A stretch of 60,889 nucleotides of DNA from an uncultured virus (IMG/VR IMGVR_UViG_3300042363_000729) (Duplodnaviria > Heunggongvirae > Uroviricota > Caudoviricetes), in the IMG/VR virus record IMGVR_UViG_3300042363_000729, positions 62,001-122,889 of that record; one strand, 5' to 3'. Positions 56,473 to 60,889 of this stretch are shown piece after piece. Both the position numbers and the translations under genes were made by a program. The stretch's first letter is position 1. Each line of letters begins with the position of its first letter. The notes under the pieces were generated by a model. That model was not told the DNA's origin and ran no database searches. It saw only the letters and a program-made list of their open reading frames with translations.

Positions 56473-57441
56473 TTAAAGAGTTTTTTTCCAATAAGATGAC
56501 TCACTTAACCACTTGAAGTAATTCTGAAATCCCTCTTCTACATCTACTTTAGGGTCATACCCTAAGATAGTTCTTGCACGATCAATATTTAATGCACCAC
56601 GGCTGGGAAAGTCTGCATCTTTGTCTCGAACTTCAATGGTGCCGTTGCCCACAATTTTAACAATCATTTCGGCAGCTTCTAATAGGCTTACTGAATGACT
56701 CTTGGTAATGTTGTAAGTGCTGTTCCTAGACATGATACGAGTTGCGGCAGCTACAATCCCATCCGCGGCATCGTCCACATAGGTAAAGTCTAAGGTTTCG
56801 CCTGCGCCGTTTACCTTGAGAGTTTCTCCGCGCATAGCGGCGAGCATAAATTTTGCAACAACTCGGTCCTCAACGTCAAGCGGTCCATAAACAGCACTGG
56901 GACGTAAAATAGCATAATCAAAAGCGCCACGACGATGATAATCTTTAACAATATCTTCTCCACATAATTTCATAATACCGTACTGCCCAATGGGATGACA
57001 GTCATCATCTTCTAGTACTTGATCTTCAAAGTCACCGTACACCATTGAGCTTGAAATGTAAACCACACGCTCTACTCGGTGTTTTTTGGCACTCTCGCAA
57101 ACATTGATCAAGCCTTCCATCATGACTCTAGCACCGTTAGCAGGGTTTGCATTAACAACCTTTTGTCTAGGAAAGCTAGCCATGTGAATGATAACTTCGG
57201 GCAGTGTTTTCTCCACAGCCTTGTCCATGGCTTCTGCGTCTGCAATGTTTTCCATGAACACCAAGGTGTCTGGAGCCAGCTTCTTTTGACGCTCAGTCAT
57301 CAAGTAGTGCAATTCCTCTTCGGGAATGATACCGTAGTTGGTGCAGTTGTCAACAATGCTGACATCGTGTCTCATGCCTTGCAATTTATTTACTACATTG
57401 TGTCCAATGAGGCCCATGCCTCCAGTTACTAAAATTTTCAT
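56473..57441 (-). CDS. NAD-dependent NDP-sugar epimerase/dehydratase (extended SDR)
   Basis: ILVTGGMGLIG, SSSMVYG, YGIMK (YxxxK), VYGP and DFTYVDD. Confidence 0.92.
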   Translation of the reverse strand: MKILVTGGMGLIGHNVVNKLQGMRHDVSIVDNCTNYGIIPEEELHYLMTERQKKLAPDTLVFMENIADAEAMDKAVEKTLPEVIIHMASFPRQKVVNANPANGARVMMEGLINVCESAKKHRVERVVYISSSMVYGDFEDQVLEDDDCHPIGQYGIMKLCGEDIVKDYHRRGAFDYAILRPSAVYGPLDVEDRVVAKFMLAAMRGETLKVNGAGETLDFTYVDDAADGIVAAATRIMSRNSTYNITKSHSVSLLEAAEMIVKIVGNGTIEVRDKDADFPSRGALNIDRARTILGYDPKVDVEEGFQNYFKWLSESSYWKKTL

Positions 57442-58151
57442 ATGTATTGCTTTTCTTTCAAAAATGGTAGAATAACTTGATCTGTAAATAATTTGTGTTG
57501 CTCAGAACTGGGATGACGATCTCCGTTGATAGGAAACTCTAGTCCCGAACTATCACGGCACCATTCGTACTCTCCATCCACTGGCAGAAATTGATCAAAA
57601 TCAATCTGCTCATACAAATATTTTATGTCAGGGTATATACGCTGTTGGAACACGTTGTTAGTATACGTAGTCATGAAGTATTTGATATTATGGAGTTTTA
57701 AAAACCATTGAGTTCTAAGTATATGCTCGTTGCTGTATATATATTGTCCTATCATGTCATGATAATGCTGGTAATAATTTTGTGACAACTCAGTTTGCCA
57801 ATTGTGACTCATTATAGTCCAACTACCATTGCTTTCGGGAACAAATTTAGTAGGATTTTCCATGTAGCCGTCTTCTTTAACCAACGGCGGAGTTTTTTGA
57901 AAGTATACGTCGTGCCTATCTGGCCCTGACCACATAATACCAACTAAAAGGTCGTTAGAATTGTATTCTTTAAGTGACTGAATAACCTGATAAATTACAC
58001 GTCTACTGATCAAACCGTTGCCTTGACTGCCCATTCCGGTACTCTCATGAGTATATTCAGTCAATGATCTTGCAAGATGTTTTGGCCACGTGTCAATCCA
58101 GGGAGATAAACATTCGCTAAAACTACACCCACCGGTGATCAGTTGCTTCAT
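57438..58151 (-). CDS. SGNH/GDSL-like esterase or acyltransferase
   Basis: LITGGCSFSE...TWP...GSQGN...IMWSG...DRHPSSEQH; same layout as the 36406 gene. Confidence 0.6.
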   Translation of the reverse strand: MKQLITGGCSFSECLSPWIDTWPKHLARSLTEYTHESTGMGSQGNGLISRRVIYQVIQSLKEYNSNDLLVGIMWSGPDRHDVYFQKTPPLVKEDGYMENPTKFVPESNGSWTIMSHNWQTELSQNYYQHYHDMIGQYIYSNEHILRTQWFLKLHNIKYFMTTYTNNVFQQRIYPDIKYLYEQIDFDQFLPVDGEYEWCRDSSGLEFPINGDRHPSSEQHKLFTDQVILPFLKEKQYI

Positions 58152-58480
58152 TTAATGTTTCCCCATTTAAGTGTCCAAAAAGTTTCGTTTTGTTCGCTGA
58201 GTCTTGCTATGATACGATACAGATGTCCGTATGTGGTGGGGTCTGCATGTCTAGTCCAATAAGGCGGGTCTTCAGCATGTTCCATTACAAACTTGCCAGA
58301 GTCACTATTTTGCCAGTCCCAAATTGGACTTGCCACACACAAGTCTGGGTCCTCCACATCGCCCATGCGAATTTCATGCACACATACATCACGAAACCGC
58401 ACTGGCTTCTCGTCAATGATCTTTGTCATTTCAGGTTGCCAGTGCCGGTATTCAGCTAGTTCGTTGTGCGTTATTGCCAT
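58148..58480 (-). CDS. Hypothetical protein
   Basis: 110-aa ORF directly downstream of a promoter; ATGA overlap with the next gene. Confidence 0.7.
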   Translation of the reverse strand: MAITHNELAEYRHWQPEMTKIIDEKPVRFRDVCVHEIRMGDVEDPDLCVASPIWDWQNSDSGKFVMEHAEDPPYWTRHADPTTYGHLYRIIARLSEQNETFWTLKWGNIK

Positions 58481-58485
58481 AACAC

Positions 58486-58514
58486 ATTATAGCAGATTAA
58501 GCTACTAGAGTCGA
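58486..58514 (-). promoter_or_regulatory. Sigma70-type promoter with extended -10, probably leaderless
   Basis: Minus strand reads TCGACT, 17 bp, TG-C-TATAAT, 5 nt, ATG; same geometry as the 31260 promoter. Confidence 0.7.
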
Positions 58515-59183
58515 GGTCATTGGAAAAATTGCTGTAATGGCCTGAGCACAAGCACGAGCAATATCCATGTGTTCCTTTTGGGTGCCATTGCTGGCACGAA
58601 GTTCAATGTAGTGAATCCAGCTACGCAGGGTACCGTTCATGTACATGCGGCTTACAGTAAGTCCTTCAGGTAACACAGCACGAGCTTGTTCTTTGGCAAT
58701 ACCATTGTCAATAGCCCACTTGTACTCTTTCTTCACAGCATACAACACACGCTTCTGAGCACGTTCCCATTCATAAGCAAGAAGCTTTTGTGCCTCATCT
58801 GTCATGTCCAAGTCTACGCTATTCTGTCTATTCTGGGTGTCTTGGAATCGTGCCTCACGTAGCACAAACGCCTCATCGAGTTCAGCTGTAGGATCAGCAT
58901 ATCGCTGGGAGAACTCTTGAAAGCTGAAACTTCTGTGACGTAGAATCTGTCGGGCAATGTCACGGGTGGTGACAATTTCCATGCAGGCGGAGACCATTTC
59001 AAGTGGGCTCCAGTGCTGATGTTTGATAAGGTATCGTATGAGTCGTTCGCTTGTTTCTGTGTTGAATTGATTGGCTGGGTTGGACACACGGGCACAATAC
59101 GCAATAAGTTCCTGAGCGTCATCAACACCTTGGGATCTAAATGATTCTGTTGGTTGACTGTAGGAAAGTAGCTTAACATTCAT
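58497..59183 (-). CDS. thyX: Flavin-dependent thymidylate synthase
   Basis: ARVS, HWSPLEM, RQILRHRSFSFQEFSQRY (ThyX motif), AKEQARAVLP and TQKEH. Confidence 0.97.
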   Translation of the reverse strand: MNVKLLSYSQPTESFRSQGVDDAQELIAYCARVSNPANQFNTETSERLIRYLIKHQHWSPLEMVSACMEIVTTRDIARQILRHRSFSFQEFSQRYADPTAELDEAFVLREARFQDTQNRQNSVDLDMTDEAQKLLAYEWERAQKRVLYAVKKEYKWAIDNGIAKEQARAVLPEGLTVSRMYMNGTLRSWIHYIELRASNGTQKEHMDIARACAQAITAIFPMTSTLVA

Positions 59184-59485
59184 TTTAATTTGGTAAGGAT
59201 TTTATCAGTTTCGGGTTGAACAATTTCGGCAACTGCCGCGGCATCAACAATAAAGTTAACGGTATGAAGGTCAGCTTCAATTTCACTGAGTGTGCGGCCA
59301 ACAATGATCTCTAGTTCTTCACTATCGAGTCCTTGACGCCGCAATGTCTGCAGATTGATGGTTTTTTGTCTGCCACCTCTCTGCCTGATCACTACTTTTT
59401 TAATACATTCAAGTGGAATTTCTGTTTTGGTAACCTCGTCAATGAGGTGTTCCCACTTGGCCAGAAATTCGTCACTGAACGGCAT
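59180..59485 (-). CDS. Hypothetical protein
   Basis: 101-aa ORF with ATGA overlap with thyX. Confidence 0.7.
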   Translation of the reverse strand: MPFSDEFLAKWEHLIDEVTKTEIPLECIKKVVIRQRGGRQKTINLQTLRRQGLDSEELEIIVGRTLSEIEADLHTVNFIVDAAAVAEIVQPETDKILTKLK

Positions 59486-60200
59486 GTGCGGTTACCTTAG
59501 CAGGTCGACCACGTTTCTTTGCTGGCGCAGCCGCTGGCACTTGCACGTTGTTGTTTATTACCACTCCAGGAAACATACGTTCAGCTTCTTTCTTCATTCT
59601 AGCAGCTTCGTTAATCAAGCCCTGTGCGTCAGCTTCCATCCGCTTGGCTTGCGTGAGCATATTTGATGCAAGTGATTTGTCATCCAGTGCGTTGGAGGCA
59701 TCGGCTTGCATGACTGGCATGCCGGCACGTTGTTGAGCAGCTTCTTGTTCCAAGCGTTGACGTTTGAAATCTTGCTCGGCCTGACGTTTTTGTGCAGGAT
59801 CAACTAGGCCAGAGTTTGAATCTAAATCGGCCATGCGCTTGGCAGCGTCTTGACCTGATTCCATTTCTTTGACCAGTCGATTGAGTTCGTCTAGTTTGAC
59901 TGAACTGGTTGTAGTAGGCGTAACAATAACTTGATTGGTTGGAATCTTTTTAAGCATGCCTTCTTTATGCAATGCTTCAAGGATTGCACGACCATCAGGC
60001 AGCAAGCTACGATGTAATGCATTGGCCAATGAAGTTTCTTGTTGCCCTGTTGGACTTTCTAACACTCTCATTACAGTATCATGAATGTGTGTGGGTAACA
60101 CATCTGGATAAATTACAAGGCACATGTGATCCTCGCCAGGTATCTCTCTAAATATAATTGCGACCTTGCGATCGCCGTGACGTCCTACGTGTTTAAGCAT
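59472..60200 (-). CDS. Hypothetical protein with coiled coil and C-terminal KKRGRP motif
   Basis: Start reassigned to the ATG at 60200 (MLKHVGRHG), with SD AAGGAG upstream. The C-terminus PAKKRGRPAK is AT-hook-like. Confidence 0.7.
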   Translation of the reverse strand: MLKHVGRHGDRKVAIIFREIPGEDHMCLVIYPDVLPTHIHDTVMRVLESPTGQQETSLANALHRSLLPDGRAILEALHKEGMLKKIPTNQVIVTPTTTSSVKLDELNRLVKEMESGQDAAKRMADLDSNSGLVDPAQKRQAEQDFKRQRLEQEAAQQRAGMPVMQADASNALDDKSLASNMLTQAKRMEADAQGLINEAARMKKEAERMFPGVVINNNVQVPAAAPAKKRGRPAKVTAHAVQ

Positions 60201-60387
60201 GTTGATCTCCTTGTGCTTGTTGTGCTTGTAGTTGAGCTTGGCTGTGGTCAAGAAACTTAGACAATTTGTCATAGAGTCCGCCAACAGTGCTCATTTCGGC
60301 TGCTTTGAATGCACCACGATTGCAAGCCGCCTCGAGAAGCGACTTCATTGAAGCCATATCGGCTAGGGTAAGTTGTACATTTTCCAT
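60193..60387 (-). CDS. Hypothetical protein (64 aa)
   Basis: ATG follows a TAAATA motif; overlaps the next gene by 8 nt. Confidence 0.7.
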   Translation of the reverse strand: MENVQLTLADMASMKSLLEAACNRGAFKAAEMSTVGGLYDKLSKFLDHSQAQLQAQQAQGDQHA

Positions 60388-60392
60388 ACAGA

Positions 60393-60400
60393 TATTTAAT
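60393..60400 (-). promoter_or_regulatory. Late-promoter-like ATTAAATA
   Basis: Minus strand ATTAAATA-TCTGT-ATG mirrors ATAAATA-CTGT-ATG at 8378. Confidence 0.5.
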
Positions 60401-60425
60401 ATATAAACATCTGACGGAAATGTTT

Positions 60426-60632
60426 TTATGGGGTATTTTGGAAGAATTCGTTGGCCTTTTGGACAGCCTCTTCAATGGAGACAGCAGGCACTACAACAAA
60501 AGCCTGGTTGCCCACTATCTCCATATCGTAGGGTACAGTACCCATGAATCGAAAGTCTTCTGGCACTTCCACCTGCACCTCAAAGTCCTGCATGCGGCGT
60601 GCTCGATCAATTACTTCTTGGTAATCGCTCAC
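60426..60632 (-). CDS. Hypothetical protein (68 aa)
   Basis: GTGA overlap with the upstream gene. Confidence 0.6.
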   Translation of the reverse strand: MSDYQEVIDRARRMQDFEVQVEVPEDFRFMGTVPYDMEIVGNQAFVVVPAVSIEEAVQKANEFFQNTP

Positions 60633-60817
60633 AGAATTTTGCGCTCGTGGATCAGTGTTTCAAAGGTATCCCAGACCTTCTGGAACTTGCGTTCGTAGTA
60701 GTCAATCAAGACCTTAGTGTCTTCAATGCTGGCGCCCTGATCAATGTACATTTGCAAATCATTGGTGATCTTCCAGCACTCCATAATTTCTTGCTCAAAA
60801 TCAAATCTATTGCTCAT
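60629..60817 (-). CDS. Hypothetical protein (62 aa)
   Basis: SD AAGGAG upstream of the ATG; coupled on both sides. Confidence 0.65.
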   Translation of the reverse strand: MSNRFDFEQEIMECWKITNDLQMYIDQGASIEDTKVLIDYYERKFQKVWDTFETLIHERKIL

Positions 60818-60888
60818 TTAAACTCCTTTAGTTCTTTGGGTTTTACAAAAATAAAATTATGCACTCGGCCATCCAGTCGGATAGGCAA
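60814..60888 (-). CDS. 3' end of a gene entering from beyond the window (…LPIRLDGRVHNFIFVKPKELKEFK*)
   Basis: Open frame to the window edge, ending in an ATGA overlap with the 60817 start. Confidence 0.5.
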   Translation of the reverse strand: MPIRLDGRVHNFIFVKPKELKEFK

Positions 60889-60889
60889 G

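Noticed and set aside
38093..57441. Production of a free aminoglycoside antibiotic
   Set aside because: No cyclitol synthase, exporter or resistance gene is visible in the window. Only the tailoring chemistry is shared.
60405..60425. Weak inverted repeat AAACAT...ATGTTT
   Set aside because: The stem is short and AT-rich with a 9-nt loop, too weak to call a terminator.
1..60889. Stop-codon reassignment: none of the called genes ends in TAG
   Set aside because: Genes are full length and tightly packed under the standard code, with no in-frame TAG needing read-through. TAG is normally the rarest stop.

Overview
A gene-dense, roughly mid-GC fragment of a large T4-like (contractile-tailed) phage genome. 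All family calls are by motif recognition, not database search. Bases 1-31237 form a + strand virion module: tube-initiator-like, gp53-like, hub-like, gp5-like spike, gp25, gp6, a 5135-aa mosaic baseplate/fibre protein and a chaperone-bearing tail fibre. Several of these genes sit behind T4-late-like TAAATA motifs. After a palindromic terminator comes a ~27 kb (31294-58480) sugar-building and tailoring cluster, bounded by two inward-facing sigma70-type promoters that appear to give leaderless mRNAs. It encodes five radical SAM enzymes with N-terminal twitch/SPASM domains, five paralogous GT10-like 'TEKT' proteins and four GT-A-type proteins. It also encodes a NodU/TobZ carbamoyltransferase with a coupled 33-aa PFIY peptide, an amidinotransferase, a DegT aminotransferase, an NDP-sugar epimerase, a 2OG-Fe(II) oxygenase, an adenylate-forming enzyme, two SGNH-like proteins and a TctC-like binding protein. 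This cluster is the best candidate for an undescribed system: a phage-encoded assembly line for a heavily modified glycan whose target (virion, host surface or DNA) cannot be read from sequence. thyX and small hypothetical genes end the window. No tRNA, rRNA, CRISPR array or mobile element was seen.
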